From positions 26,668-90,667 of the IMG/VR virus record IMGVR_UViG_3300032116_000088: a stretch of 64,000 nt of DNA; one strand, given 5' to 3'. The notes under the pieces are model-generated. The model saw nothing but the letters and a program-made list of their open reading frames with translations. It was not told where the DNA came from and made no database searches. The position numbers were made by a program, and so were the translations under genes. Of this stretch, positions 29,831 through 40,278 are shown piece after piece. The first letter of the stretch is position 1; each line of letters begins with the position of its first letter. The DNA comes from a virus.

Positions 29831-31728
29831 TGGGTATGAAAGAATTTGGTGAAGGCCACAAAGGAGCCGGAGGCGCACCAGTACCACCAGCCGAACCTAC
29901 TGTTGTTGCATCCGAAGGAACTACAGGCGCATTAACTCCAGAAGAAATGAAAAGCCGCCTATCCGCTCAAGCATCGACCCCAACTAGAACCCCCTATATT
30001 CCTGGGCAAAAAGTTGAACAAGATGTTGTACTTGATAAGCCAGCTGAACGTCCAAGCATAACTGAAAAAGGAACAGGAAAAGTTCTAAACGTTCGTTACC
30101 CTGAAGACTTTGAAGCATCTACTGCAGGACAAAACGCCAAAAACCTCTGGAAACTTAAAGGAAATGCCGTTATTGGAGAAACTCACGATTTAAATGGAAA
30201 TCCTATAGCAGATACATTTGTTCAAAAGATGAGTGCTCCAGTAACTGTAGGGGCATCCTCAGAGAAACCATCAAGAAAATCTAGAGAAGCAACAGTTCTT
30301 TCTAATAGACCAGCACCACAAAGTGAGTACGAAGCTCAACTAATTGCTAGAAGAACAGCTGCTGGGTCTACAAGACCATCAAGAACTCAAGCAAGTATAT
30401 ATAAGTCTGCCAGCGAAAACCTTAGACTACTAGAGGACCACTGGAATAAAGTACACACATTGCTTGGTGGAAATGATGAGACTGGTGAAAAAGACTTAGA
30501 TATTAATCACCCAGTGTTTGCTGCCCACGTCAGAATTGGTGGAAATCTAGCTGCAGCAAGAATGTCATTAATAAATTCTAAAAATGCAGCACTACAAAAT
30601 AACACCGAAGAAGCAATTAGGCATTTAACAGATGCTACCCATATGATTCACGCTGCTAATAGTGCGGATGGCGGAATGCACTCTTCAGAGTATTACACCA
30701 GTGCAGGAAGTTTGCCTCCAGTAGGAACAGCAGGAACAGATAAAGACCGTGCACATATGGTTGTAGAGTACCCTACAGCAAAAACCGCAGGGGCATTGAT
30801 ACCTTCAGTAAAACTTGGTAGATACGGTAGTGTGGAAAACACTCAAGCTAATTTTGAAAAAGTAGAGAATCTTAGAAGAAAACTAAGAGCCAACGACCCT
30901 TCTGTATCTGGAGTAAACAGGCAACTATTTAACAGAGTTTATAGAATGCTTAAAAAAGGAACCGCTGTCGGTGGTGCTGAATTTAGTAGAGAACTTGGAA
31001 CAGGAACAAATGTTGCTGGACAAGATGCCATTAATCCAGCCGCATTAAAGACAGAAGGTGTTGTAAACATAAGCGAAGCCAACAAGGGCGGAGCTAGAGG
31101 AGACATCTCTAAAGGTGAACCTCAGCAGTTTGTATATGTACACCCAGACGCTATGCCAGGTAATGCTGTAGCATTCTTTAATAAAGAAACTGGAAAAACT
31201 TCCTTCCATGTTGATGGTGGTCCTCCAATAAAGAGACCAAGTACTCCTCCAATTGCAGTTCCTTATGGACAACACTTATTTAAAAAGGTAGTTGACAGAG
31301 AAGGAATGGAAATTCCTCATCTAAAAGATGATGGAACTCCATTAAGTTTTGAAGAACTTAAGGATGCAGGAGCTCTTACACAAACAGTAACTCCAGTAGC
31401 AGCAGCTCCATCTGCTGCTCAAGCCCCTAAGCCAAAAGCAGAAGCTAAACCAGAGCCACGTTCATGGGATGTTCTTACTAAAGAGCAAAGAGAGGCTGCG
31501 GCTCAAAAAGCGGCTGACCGTAAAGCAGAAACTGACAAGCAGCTATCTGATATTGATGCCCAGATATCCCAACTTCCATCCGTATTAAATAAAGCCTATG
31601 AATGGAAACTATCCCAAAAGAAAACAAGGACAAAGGGACCTAGAAAAACTGGACGTAAAAACATGACAGATGCAGAGCTTATTGCAGAAGCCTTGACTCA
31701 AGGCGTTACAAGGTCTGAAGGAAAGTAA
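29830..31728 (+). CDS. Large low-complexity hypothetical protein (possible virion-internal)
   Basis: 632-aa ORF; HLTDA helical module. Confidence 0.6.
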   Translation: MGMKEFGEGHKGAGGAPVPPAEPTVVASEGTTGALTPEEMKSRLSAQASTPTRTPYIPGQKVEQDVVLDKPAERPSITEKGTGKVLNVRYPEDFEASTAGQNAKNLWKLKGNAVIGETHDLNGNPIADTFVQKMSAPVTVGASSEKPSRKSREATVLSNRPAPQSEYEAQLIARRTAAGSTRPSRTQASIYKSASENLRLLEDHWNKVHTLLGGNDETGEKDLDINHPVFAAHVRIGGNLAAARMSLINSKNAALQNNTEEAIRHLTDATHMIHAANSADGGMHSSEYYTSAGSLPPVGTAGTDKDRAHMVVEYPTAKTAGALIPSVKLGRYGSVENTQANFEKVENLRRKLRANDPSVSGVNRQLFNRVYRMLKKGTAVGGAEFSRELGTGTNVAGQDAINPAALKTEGVVNISEANKGGARGDISKGEPQQFVYVHPDAMPGNAVAFFNKETGKTSFHVDGGPPIKRPSTPPIAVPYGQHLFKKVVDREGMEIPHLKDDGTPLSFEELKDAGALTQTVTPVAAAPSAAQAPKPKAEAKPEPRSWDVLTKEQREAAAQKAADRKAETDKQLSDIDAQISQLPSVLNKAYEWKLSQKKTRTKGPRKTGRKNMTDAELIAEALTQGVTRSEGK

Positions 31729-31730
31729 TT

Positions 31731-33524
31731 ATGGCAAAATTAACAAAAGCAGAACAAGAGTTTTTGGCAAAGAAAAAAGCCGCTAGTCAAGAAAAGTCTA
31801 CAGCTAAAGCGACTAAGAAAAAACAAGACAAAGCAGCTGTAACTAAAGAGCAACTTCTAGAGCAGATTAAGCAAGCGGGAGAAAGAAAAGCTAGCAAAGA
31901 TGCTGAAACAAGAAATATTCTTGAAAATGGAGATGTTTCTGCTAACGAACTTGGTGGAGATACTTTAGGGTTTGGAAATCCTAGTAGCCAGTTAAGTAGT
32001 AATTATAACTATCACAAAGCATTTTTAGCTCTACATAATGACTTAAGCTTTAGAGTTCAAGGAATTCAAGATGATTTAAGAGATTCTGCAACTAAAAAAG
32101 CAAAGGAAGCAGCAGCTAAGCAGTCAGAAGAGCTTGGAAGAAAAGTTGATGTAGATAATTTGGTAAACGAAAAAGGAGAAAGAATTTCCTTTATTGATAC
32201 TAGAGTTCAAAAAAATATTGACCCAATTAACTATCACCTATCTGCCGCTTATAAAAAGTATTCTGATTCTGTAGAGGCGCACAAAGCAGGAAAAGCGTTA
32301 TCTTCAGTTCAGCATTTAACTGATGCTTCTGACCATTTAGCTGCAGCTATAAACCTTTTTAAAAACAATTTCAGTACTCAAAAATATGGAAAAATAGCTA
32401 AATTTAAAGGTGATAAAACCTTTAATATTAACAATGACAGTGACAATTTGTTGAACAATATTGTTAATGGGTATACGGACCACGCTTTTGAGAGGGCAAC
32501 AGCTTCTGGAGATTTAAAGCCATCGGTGGCAGAAAAAGCTCGTACTATATTAAGTCAATCAGAAGGTTCAGGTCAAATTAGGCAATATGGTCAAATCACT
32601 GCACCTCAAGAAAAGCTTGCTGTACCCCAGTATGCTGTAACTCAAACAAGAGAAGAAAAAGCAGAAGCAGCAAAGCAAGCTGAAGAAAAAAGACAAAAAA
32701 GACTTTCTTCAATACGTATGACTAAAGCTCAACTAGGACAAATCAACATAGTAAAACCAGCAACTGATACAAGTGGTGTTGAAGGGTTTATTGGAACTTC
32801 CGGATACGATTCCGAAGAATACCAAAAAAACTTTAATCTTCGTTGGAAGAGCGAGCAAATTATGCCAGCATTTCAAAAGGATGAAGAAAGAACTGCAAAT
32901 TCAGCTGCAGAAGTTGGTAAGCAGTATGAGCCAAAAACTTTTGTTGGGTCTCTAGCACATCAAAATCCAGATGAATGGCACAAATTAAAGCAAGTAAAAG
33001 ACCACTGGGTTTCTAAGGGAAATCGTCCAGAAGATTTTGAAGGAAGCTCTGGACATATTGACCCAGATTCCTATATAAAAGAAAATAAATTGGATGTATC
33101 CGAGATTACACCGTCTATGGATACTATTAAAAAGTGGGCAAGACTTACGACCTCTATAGATTCCTCTGGAAAAGTAGTAAACATGGAAGGGTTTGTTCCT
33201 ACTGCCGCAGAAACAGCAAGAGCAAATACTCAAGAAAAGTTGGCTAAACCAGGAGAGTGGGTTGGAGTTCCTGAAGATATTAATAGACGGCAAGCTGCAA
33301 GGGCTTCAAGAGGCGTTGTTGAGATAAAGGCCTCACGGTCATCCGAATTTTTAAAAACAGCTGACTCATCAAAATTGGGTTCTGATATGGAGCAAGAACC
33401 TGAAGCTACTGCGTCAGATGTTTTAAAAACCGAACAGGAAAAAATTATAAATAAACCAGTTACTGATACAGGAGTAGTTACAGGTGGGTTAAACTCACAC
33501 TTTGATACAGGAAGAGGTGTCTAA
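31731..33524 (+). CDS. Large charged hypothetical protein (possible virion-internal)
   Basis: 597-aa ORF; HLTDA helical module. Confidence 0.6.
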   Translation: MAKLTKAEQEFLAKKKAASQEKSTAKATKKKQDKAAVTKEQLLEQIKQAGERKASKDAETRNILENGDVSANELGGDTLGFGNPSSQLSSNYNYHKAFLALHNDLSFRVQGIQDDLRDSATKKAKEAAAKQSEELGRKVDVDNLVNEKGERISFIDTRVQKNIDPINYHLSAAYKKYSDSVEAHKAGKALSSVQHLTDASDHLAAAINLFKNNFSTQKYGKIAKFKGDKTFNINNDSDNLLNNIVNGYTDHAFERATASGDLKPSVAEKARTILSQSEGSGQIRQYGQITAPQEKLAVPQYAVTQTREEKAEAAKQAEEKRQKRLSSIRMTKAQLGQINIVKPATDTSGVEGFIGTSGYDSEEYQKNFNLRWKSEQIMPAFQKDEERTANSAAEVGKQYEPKTFVGSLAHQNPDEWHKLKQVKDHWVSKGNRPEDFEGSSGHIDPDSYIKENKLDVSEITPSMDTIKKWARLTTSIDSSGKVVNMEGFVPTAAETARANTQEKLAKPGEWVGVPEDINRRQAARASRGVVEIKASRSSEFLKTADSSKLGSDMEQEPEATASDVLKTEQEKIINKPVTDTGVVTGGLNSHFDTGRGV

Positions 33525-33727
33525 TGGATGACGGAGACGGCTCATTAACCCTTGAACTTCAAGCATTTCAAGTAGCTAAAAATTCAATTAATTACAGAGG
33601 CTCAGCCCCTTGTCCACAATGTGGTATTGTAATGAACCCAGTTCAATACATGTATGATGCTTTAGGAACTTGTCCTGATTGTAGCGAAAAACGACGTCAG
33701 GACCGTATCAGAAGAAAAATGGTTTAA
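33524..33727 (+). CDS. Zinc-ribbon protein
   Basis: CPQC...CPDC. Confidence 0.6.
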   Translation: MDDGDGSLTLELQAFQVAKNSINYRGSAPCPQCGIVMNPVQYMYDALGTCPDCSEKRRQDRIRRKMV

Positions 33728-34113
33728 TGACACACCCAGCATTTAATCAGGCACATAATCTACTATGGCACATGGTGGATTACGCCAATATACACGGTCG
33801 TAATTTAGGTTTTGATAATGTTGATAAAATTACTGGACATTTAAGAAACGCCATGAATGCCTTACAGTCAGCGGATACGCAGCATAAGACCCAACCTTTT
33901 AGCACATCTGCTATGCTAGAACTAAAGGATGCAGGCCACCATTTAAACCAAGCTGCTAAAGCATTTGATATTAGGGATGAAATGGGTCAAAGGGTAGACT
34001 ATCCTTTAAGTACAGATATTTTGCAAGCCCAAATGGGTGAGCAGCAAAAAGAGTTCGTAGATAACTATGCGAACGATATGAATGAAGGAAGAAAAAATGG
34101 CCGTAAATACTAG
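33727..34113 (+). CDS. Hypothetical protein
   Basis: Contains LKDAGHHL variant of the shared module. Confidence 0.55.
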   Translation: MTHPAFNQAHNLLWHMVDYANIHGRNLGFDNVDKITGHLRNAMNALQSADTQHKTQPFSTSAMLELKDAGHHLNQAAKAFDIRDEMGQRVDYPLSTDILQAQMGEQQKEFVDNYANDMNEGRKNGRKY

Positions 34114-34309
34114 CCGTTCAATGAACGAAAGTTTAGACGCAGGCGCAACTGATGGTAAGTACCGTAAAGTTCGCCCAAACACCGAGGTTCTAGACCACGA
34201 TGGTCATGAAAAAACCTTAGATAACCGTCAGCTACTACACCCATTTGCTGGATATGGATTTGTTACGTCAGAAGCACCAGATTCGTCTAAAGTAAACCCA
34301 GGCAAATAA
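34097..34309 (+). CDS. Hypothetical protein
   Basis: AAGGA SD before MAVNTS. Confidence 0.5.
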   Translation: MAVNTSRSMNESLDAGATDGKYRKVRPNTEVLDHDGHEKTLDNRQLLHPFAGYGFVTSEAPDSSKVNPGK

Positions 34310-34327
34310 TTTTAAGAGAGTAATATA

Positions 34328-36115
34328 ATGGCTAAACCTCCTAGCGGTTCAGGTTCTCCTAGAAAAAGAGCACCTAGAACCGGAACTAAAAACCAACCTC
34401 TTGCAGTACCGGAAACATTAACAACCCCAATTGAAGCTAGTAGTCCGGAAAATGCTGAAAAACTTAAAGCCGCCCTTGCTGCGAGTCAACAGGGCGATGT
34501 TTTAGTTCCAAAAACTAGAGAATCAGAAACCGAGTTTAGAGCCTCAAGACCTGTCACAGATTACGTTAAAAGTGATTTAGAAAGACAACTTTCTTTTGAA
34601 AACAGTATAAAAGAAGATGTTCCGGTCAATCCAGTAAAGGCTCAAAGAAGCAGAGATAGAGCTAGTGTAACCAGAGCATTTGGACCAACTTCTGTAGCTA
34701 GGTCAACTGCTATTAACTATAATTATCCTCAAATTGCAAGTAGAATTTCTGTTGAACAAGTTCCACAGGACGCAACAATAAGGGGAATGGACGACTCTGT
34801 AACTCCAGACCCAGATGCTGGAAAAATATTTGTTAAAAGAGGTGAACCAGTATTTTCAGAAACCCCTACATCAGTAAGCCCTGGACAACCTGTTACTAGC
34901 CCACTATTTACTTCTAGACAAGAAGCAAATAGAAGACAGTTAAATAAACAGCAAAGATTAGCTCAACAAGCTAGCTACGGTCCTGAATATATGGACTCTT
35001 TGAAAGAAGCATATAAGTTTCATTTTCCTGGGAGTAAACTTCCTATGGATGAGCACGGCCTTTTTGACCATAACTTCGCGCACACAGCAATAGACTCAAA
35101 AATAAAAGCAGATGAACAAAAAGTTCAAGAAGAAAAAGAAAAAAATGCCCCTAGAAGGGTTGAACCAAAAGTTTCTTCTGGTATTGATTTAACAGTTAGT
35201 CCATCACCATCGATTCCTAACCAGATGATGTGGAGAGATGTCTTTAGACCTCTTGAAGGTGTTAAAACTGCCATGCCACATAGCCACAAAGTAGAATTAA
35301 AAAGTGATGGAAGTGCAGTTGTAACTCCTGTTTCAACTTCTCCAGGCTTGCCTGCCCCTGTTGAAATGCCTCAAAATGCAACAACAATTCCTGCAAATAA
35401 ACCAATAACTGCAGAGCATTATGAAGACACAGGAAAAGAACACGTTGTAAATGGTCAGCGTGTATTTGCATACAATAAAATTATTACACCTTATTCAAGA
35501 ACTAACAATAACGGCGTAGGTGGTCTATTAAGGGGCGCTCCACAGGTAGCACCAGGAACATTTTATCGTCACCCAGACACTGGAGAAATTGTTCAAACAT
35601 TTGAGCAGCCTCAAGAACAGAAACAATCAGCAGTGGAAATGCATCACGCCGCATTATTTGTTAAATATGCACCTTCTTCCTCCTACGGTAATAAAGAAGA
35701 TAGATATAGACAAACAGGAAGCACAAGCCGTAATTGGACAAGAGACGCACTACAAAAAGCAATTAAATCAGTTCGTAATGGTGATGTTGCAGGAACTATG
35801 CGGGATTTAGAGCAAAATCCAGATTATATTCACGATTTATTTAAAGAACATTTTCAAGTATTACCTGCAAAGCGTGCAGCATATCGCGAATATCTTGCAA
35901 AGCAAAAAGAGGATGAGACCAGTGTTCCAGAAAAACTTCCAGAAATTAATCAGGCAGATTTAGAAGCGCAAAAAAGAGAAATTAAAAATGCAGCACAAAT
36001 AGCAAGTTCATTTGGCCGTTTTGCTTCTCCAGATAGCGGAACGTTGTCTGGTCTAGGAAATGCCGCCAGAGCACAACGAGCAAAGAATAGAAGCGAAAGA
36101 TTAAAAGGATTTTAG
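34328..36115 (+). CDS. Large Pro/Ser/Gln-rich hypothetical protein
   Basis: 595-aa ORF. Confidence 0.6.
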   Translation: MAKPPSGSGSPRKRAPRTGTKNQPLAVPETLTTPIEASSPENAEKLKAALAASQQGDVLVPKTRESETEFRASRPVTDYVKSDLERQLSFENSIKEDVPVNPVKAQRSRDRASVTRAFGPTSVARSTAINYNYPQIASRISVEQVPQDATIRGMDDSVTPDPDAGKIFVKRGEPVFSETPTSVSPGQPVTSPLFTSRQEANRRQLNKQQRLAQQASYGPEYMDSLKEAYKFHFPGSKLPMDEHGLFDHNFAHTAIDSKIKADEQKVQEEKEKNAPRRVEPKVSSGIDLTVSPSPSIPNQMMWRDVFRPLEGVKTAMPHSHKVELKSDGSAVVTPVSTSPGLPAPVEMPQNATTIPANKPITAEHYEDTGKEHVVNGQRVFAYNKIITPYSRTNNNGVGGLLRGAPQVAPGTFYRHPDTGEIVQTFEQPQEQKQSAVEMHHAALFVKYAPSSSYGNKEDRYRQTGSTSRNWTRDALQKAIKSVRNGDVAGTMRDLEQNPDYIHDLFKEHFQVLPAKRAAYREYLAKQKEDETSVPEKLPEINQADLEAQKREIKNAAQIASSFGRFASPDSGTLSGLGNAARAQRAKNRSERLKGF

Positions 36116-36180
36116 TCCTTTTACTTGCATTTATTACTAAATATAGTAGTATATAAGTATCACTAATAAGGAGTATAAAC

Positions 36181-36378
36181 ATGGAAACCAATGCCGCTCA
36201 AAATGCCTTAAATAAACTAAAAGAAGCTGCCCCAGAATACGCTGAGCGTTGGGAAGTCAATCCTAAATATGATGTTCCACATCTAGGCCCGTATATCTAC
36301 GTTGATGATAATACCGGCCATATAACTAGCCAACAAATGGGATTAAAGTATTACGGTAAGGAAAACAATGACGGATAA
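36181..36378 (+). CDS. Hypothetical protein
   Basis: AAGGAG SD after AT-rich promoter-like gap. Confidence 0.5.
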   Translation: METNAAQNALNKLKEAAPEYAERWEVNPKYDVPHLGPYIYVDDNTGHITSQQMGLKYYGKENNDG

Positions 36379-36925
36379 ACCAATAATTGGTTCAAAGCCA
36401 ATAGATGGACCAGTAATTCGCCTACTTCGTTGTATGGTGTGTGAAACCTGGGAAGAACTACCAGACTACGAGGGTCCATCTAATTTTGATTATTTATTAG
36501 AGATTTCTCTAGAAAAACATAAGTTTCCATCGGGAGACCCTCACGTAGGAAAACTGTTTAAAGTACCAGTAAAGTCGTGGGCTAATCCAGAGCAAAAGCA
36601 GGCAATTCTAAAGCAATTGGCTACGGGTGGTTCTAAAGGTTTAGATGAACTAGACCCTAATAAAAAGTTTTATGAAACAAAAATGACATTCGCTGAGGAT
36701 GCCATGAATTGTTGGGTTGCACATAATAAAGTTACAACAAACTGTGAAGATTATGAATCGCCTAAAAAGCGTTTGTTACCTGATACAGCAGTTGAACGTA
36801 AAGAGCTGGGATTACCAAAGCCAGAACATTTGGAAGGGCCCCAGGTCTACACTTGCCATTTCTGTCCCTACCATGGTAAAGTGTTAGAACGTAAACGCCA
36901 ATTTCTTGGCCTATATAACAAATAA
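36368..36925 (+). CDS. Cys/His metal-binding hypothetical protein
   Basis: CMVC, C..H...C, C.FCPYH. Confidence 0.55.
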   Translation: MTDKPIIGSKPIDGPVIRLLRCMVCETWEELPDYEGPSNFDYLLEISLEKHKFPSGDPHVGKLFKVPVKSWANPEQKQAILKQLATGGSKGLDELDPNKKFYETKMTFAEDAMNCWVAHNKVTTNCEDYESPKKRLLPDTAVERKELGLPKPEHLEGPQVYTCHFCPYHGKVLERKRQFLGLYNK

Positions 36926-36933
36926 GGAATAAC

Positions 36934-37242
36934 ATGGAAAACAATAAAAAAGAAGTAAAAAAGCAATTTGTAGTTAACATTTATGTAGATGACACTTTCT
37001 CGGTGGATTTGGCTAAGCCAGAAGATTCACCAGAAACTCAACAGGACGCAACTGTAGCTGATGTTTATCAGTGGGCTCACCAGTTGATTAAAGAAATTGA
37101 TGACCAGCGTCTTGTAGAGCGTTTTGCATCAACATTAGTTCAGTTGCTAACACCACCGCAGGAAGCATCGGTTCCTGATGTAATTAGCGAAAAGCTAGCA
37201 GAGCGTGGAATTAAACCAGAAAGCTCAGAAGAAACCGCCTAA
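36934..37242 (+). CDS. Hypothetical protein
   Basis: AAGGA SD. Confidence 0.5.
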   Translation: MENNKKEVKKQFVVNIYVDDTFSVDLAKPEDSPETQQDATVADVYQWAHQLIKEIDDQRLVERFASTLVQLLTPPQEASVPDVISEKLAERGIKPESSEETA

Positions 37243-37251
37243 ACTAATTAT

Positions 37252-38127
37252 ATGAGCAATCCTACTTCATATTTCAGCGCACCCTCGACCGAATTAGACC
37301 CAAAGCTATTTAATGGCAGGTCTCTAAGGTCTTGGGTGCGTTCTGGAATAACCGGAATGCTAAATGATTTTATGGGCAGGAAGTATCGTCAAGCGGAAGC
37401 CTGGGCCAGACCATATTTGGCTGGTTCAGGTGTTTCGTATCAATGGCAAGCAGCACGCGAGCCAAAAGATTTAGATTGCCTGGTTGGCATTAATTTTGTT
37501 CAGTTCAGAAAAGCAAATCCGGATTACGCTGGATTATCTGATAAAGAAATTTCAGCACAGTTCAACGAAGAATTTGATGAGGGATTGCGCCAAGAAAACT
37601 GGAATGGGTACGAGTTAACCTTTTTTGCATTAATTAATGAAGATATTAAAACAATTAAACCGTATGCTGCCTATGACGTAAAAGATGACGAATGGGTTGT
37701 TACGCCTAATCCAAGTCAAACTGCACCATCTAGTTTGGAGTGGGATTCAGTTGTTGACAATGATAGAAAAGCAGCATCTGCAGTAGAAAATAAGTTTAAT
37801 GCAGCAATGCAGGATATTAGATATTCAAGAAATGATGCAATTAGAAGAAATGCAGAAAATAATTTAACAATGGCTGCCGCTCAAGGAAATGCATTATATA
37901 ATGAAATTCACGGAAATAGGTCAATGGCATTTTCTGAAACCGGTGAGGGTTACGGTGATTTCCACAACTATCGTTGGCAAGCAGGAAAACGTAGTGGAAC
38001 CGTTCAGTCGCTGAGAAATATAAGAGAATACATGAAGGCATCATTACAAAGCAAAAACCCTTACGGGGTTGAGCTGCCTGACGCTAGTACACTCATCAGA
38101 CGCGCGGCAATTTATAGGAACCAGTAA
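37252..38127 (+). CDS. Pol-beta superfamily nucleotidyltransferase
   Basis: hhAGS...DLDChh signature (YLAGSGVSYQW...KDLDCLVGI). Confidence 0.7.
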   Translation: MSNPTSYFSAPSTELDPKLFNGRSLRSWVRSGITGMLNDFMGRKYRQAEAWARPYLAGSGVSYQWQAAREPKDLDCLVGINFVQFRKANPDYAGLSDKEISAQFNEEFDEGLRQENWNGYELTFFALINEDIKTIKPYAAYDVKDDEWVVTPNPSQTAPSSLEWDSVVDNDRKAASAVENKFNAAMQDIRYSRNDAIRRNAENNLTMAAAQGNALYNEIHGNRSMAFSETGEGYGDFHNYRWQAGKRSGTVQSLRNIREYMKASLQSKNPYGVELPDASTLIRRAAIYRNQ

Positions 38128-38237
38128 TGTCGTTGACAACTGTATGCCATTTATGTGGGCATGAATTATACGCAGGCATATGTGTAGAAGATTATTGTAA
38201 ATGTGATTGTTATGGAGAATCTTACGAGGACGATTAA
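38127..38237 (+). CDS. 36-aa Cys-rich peptide (not in ORF track)
   Basis: MSLTTVCHLCGHELYAGICVEDYCKCDCYGESYEDD; TAATG coupling at both ends. Confidence 0.55.
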   Translation: MSLTTVCHLCGHELYAGICVEDYCKCDCYGESYEDD

Positions 38238-38722
38238 TGCATATATTAGTAGATATAGATGGAGTATTACGCGGCCAAAATGATGAGCCAATTGGTACCG
38301 GAATCATTATGGTTGGAAGTTTAAGTTCCTGGAATCAGATAACTTTTATGGGCAATTCGACTGAGGCTGAGATTCAATATTGGGCTGATGTTAATAAGGT
38401 TGTTGATTTTGATAGGATTATCGATTCATCAGTTCACCTGGAGGGTGAGAATTTATCTGAACGTCAAATAAATGTTTCCCGTTCCAGGGGCCCTATTGAT
38501 TTGTTTATTACTAATAGCCCGAAAACGTGGGCGTACGCGTTTAATTTGGGTATTCCTAGTGTTATGTTTGCTGTGCCTAGTTATACTCGTACAGAGTTTA
38601 GGCCGGATGCACCTAAAAGGGTTCGTCAGTGGGATGATATTGAGCGTTCAATAAATGAGCAGAATAAGTTAAAAACAAATGATGCTAGGCTGCAGCGCAC
38701 TGAGGGGTTGAATTTTGAATGA
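38237..38722 (+). CDS. HAD superfamily phosphatase
   Basis: N-terminal ILVDIDGVL (DxDG). Confidence 0.7.
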   Translation: MHILVDIDGVLRGQNDEPIGTGIIMVGSLSSWNQITFMGNSTEAEIQYWADVNKVVDFDRIIDSSVHLEGENLSERQINVSRSRGPIDLFITNSPKTWAYAFNLGIPSVMFAVPSYTRTEFRPDAPKRVRQWDDIERSINEQNKLKTNDARLQRTEGLNFE

Positions 38723-40188
38723 AACTAATTTTTAATGGGGTGGAGATTCCATCCAATAGGACGTTATTAGAAAAAAACGGTGTAGTTCATGTGATGTTGA
38801 GTTACTGGGGGTTAAGGAAGCGGGGGCTTCCTAAGACTAAGCCGTATTTGATTGGTGAGCATTTTCTGCCTAATATGAAGGTTTGGGTGGATTCTGGAGC
38901 AGTTCAGGCGGATAAAGCTGGGTGGTCTAAACAGGAATTAGAAGATTACGCTGCGGATTATGAAGAGTTTATTTCGTTAAATTATGACCGTATTGAAGGT
39001 TGGGTAGAATTTGACAGCCAGGTGTTGGGGTTTGATTGGATTCTGCAGCAGAGGGATGTTTTTTCTGAAGACCCTAAGTTTTTTATTGTTTGGCATGATA
39101 TGTACGGGCAGAATTTATTAACAAAATGGGGTGCAGAATACCGTAATATTGCGATTCCAGGTGAGGCCGTAGAAAATGTTACATCCCTGGCTGCGGTTGT
39201 TCGTTTGATAAAGTCACAGTATTCTACTCAGTTTATGGCGTTGGCCACAGCAAAGCCAGATAATTTGCGTCAAATACCGTTCGACATGGCCGCTACATTG
39301 GCCTGGATAAGCCCTATGAGGCGCGGTGAGACCATTATATGGGACGGCATGAAACTTATGCGTTATCCTAAAAATATGAAGTCACAGGCCCGTTTACGGT
39401 ACAAAATGATTGTAGAAAAAGCTGGGTTGGATTTCACAAAGTTTGTTGATGATGACACCTTAGAAGCAACAAAAGTTGCAATTTGGTCGTATTTACAGTT
39501 AGAGAAGAAAATGGACAATAATAAAGACAATATAGTATCTGATAACAGTGATGATACCCTATACACCGGTTTGATGGAAACTGGGGTGGGGTCATCTAAT
39601 AACAGTGATGTTGAAAAGCGGAAAGTTGAACGTACGGAAGTAGTACAAAGAGACCCAAATGAGGTTCAACCAATGCCTGTTTTTGGATATAAAATGAAGA
39701 CAATCGTGGAAAATATTGATGGACATGATGTATTAAAAGAAGTTCCGGTTGTCCAATCAAATAATTCAAGTTTACGTCAGTGTGACACCTGTTTTGTGGC
39801 CGCTAATTGTCCAGCGTTTAAACCAGCAAATACATGTGCATTTAATCTGCCAGTAGAGGTAAAAACCAAAGAACAATTGAAAGCGTTATTGACCACAGTC
39901 GTTGAAATGCAGGGCCAAAGGGTAGCATTTATGCGGTTTGCAGAAGAAATGAATGGTGGATATGCAGACCCAAACGTATCCCAAGAAATAGACCGTTTAT
40001 TCAAATTGGTGAGTTCATTAAAAGAGCTGGAAACTAATAAAGAGTTTATACAAATAACAGCAAGTCGTCAGACGGAGGGAGGAGCGTTGTCACGTATTTT
40101 TGGTGACCGCGCATCCGTATTACGCAATCTAGATAAGCCATTATCTGAAGACCAAACCACGGGAATTATCAGGGATGCCCTGGAATAA
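38719..40188 (+). CDS. TGT/DpdA-like TIM-barrel protein with Cys-rich C-terminal domain
   Basis: MLSYW...VWVDSGA, EFD, VWH motifs; CDTC....NCP......C. Confidence 0.55.
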   Translation: MKLIFNGVEIPSNRTLLEKNGVVHVMLSYWGLRKRGLPKTKPYLIGEHFLPNMKVWVDSGAVQADKAGWSKQELEDYAADYEEFISLNYDRIEGWVEFDSQVLGFDWILQQRDVFSEDPKFFIVWHDMYGQNLLTKWGAEYRNIAIPGEAVENVTSLAAVVRLIKSQYSTQFMALATAKPDNLRQIPFDMAATLAWISPMRRGETIIWDGMKLMRYPKNMKSQARLRYKMIVEKAGLDFTKFVDDDTLEATKVAIWSYLQLEKKMDNNKDNIVSDNSDDTLYTGLMETGVGSSNNSDVEKRKVERTEVVQRDPNEVQPMPVFGYKMKTIVENIDGHDVLKEVPVVQSNNSSLRQCDTCFVAANCPAFKPANTCAFNLPVEVKTKEQLKALLTTVVEMQGQRVAFMRFAEEMNGGYADPNVSQEIDRLFKLVSSLKELETNKEFIQITASRQTEGGALSRIFGDRASVLRNLDKPLSEDQTTGIIRDALE

Positions 40189-40189
40189 A

Positions 40190-40278
40190 GTTATCTGATA
40201 ACATCAATATTTGATACCTGAATCCATATTGTCGCAATTTTAGTTGCGAAGTTAGCAGAAGGGTATTAGAGTAATACC
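40190..40278. promoter_or_regulatory. Four short palindromes upstream of RNR
   Basis: GTTATC-T-GATAAC, ATCAA-TAT-TTGAT, TCGCAA-N6-TTGCGA, GGTATTA-GAG-TAATACC. Confidence 0.45.
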
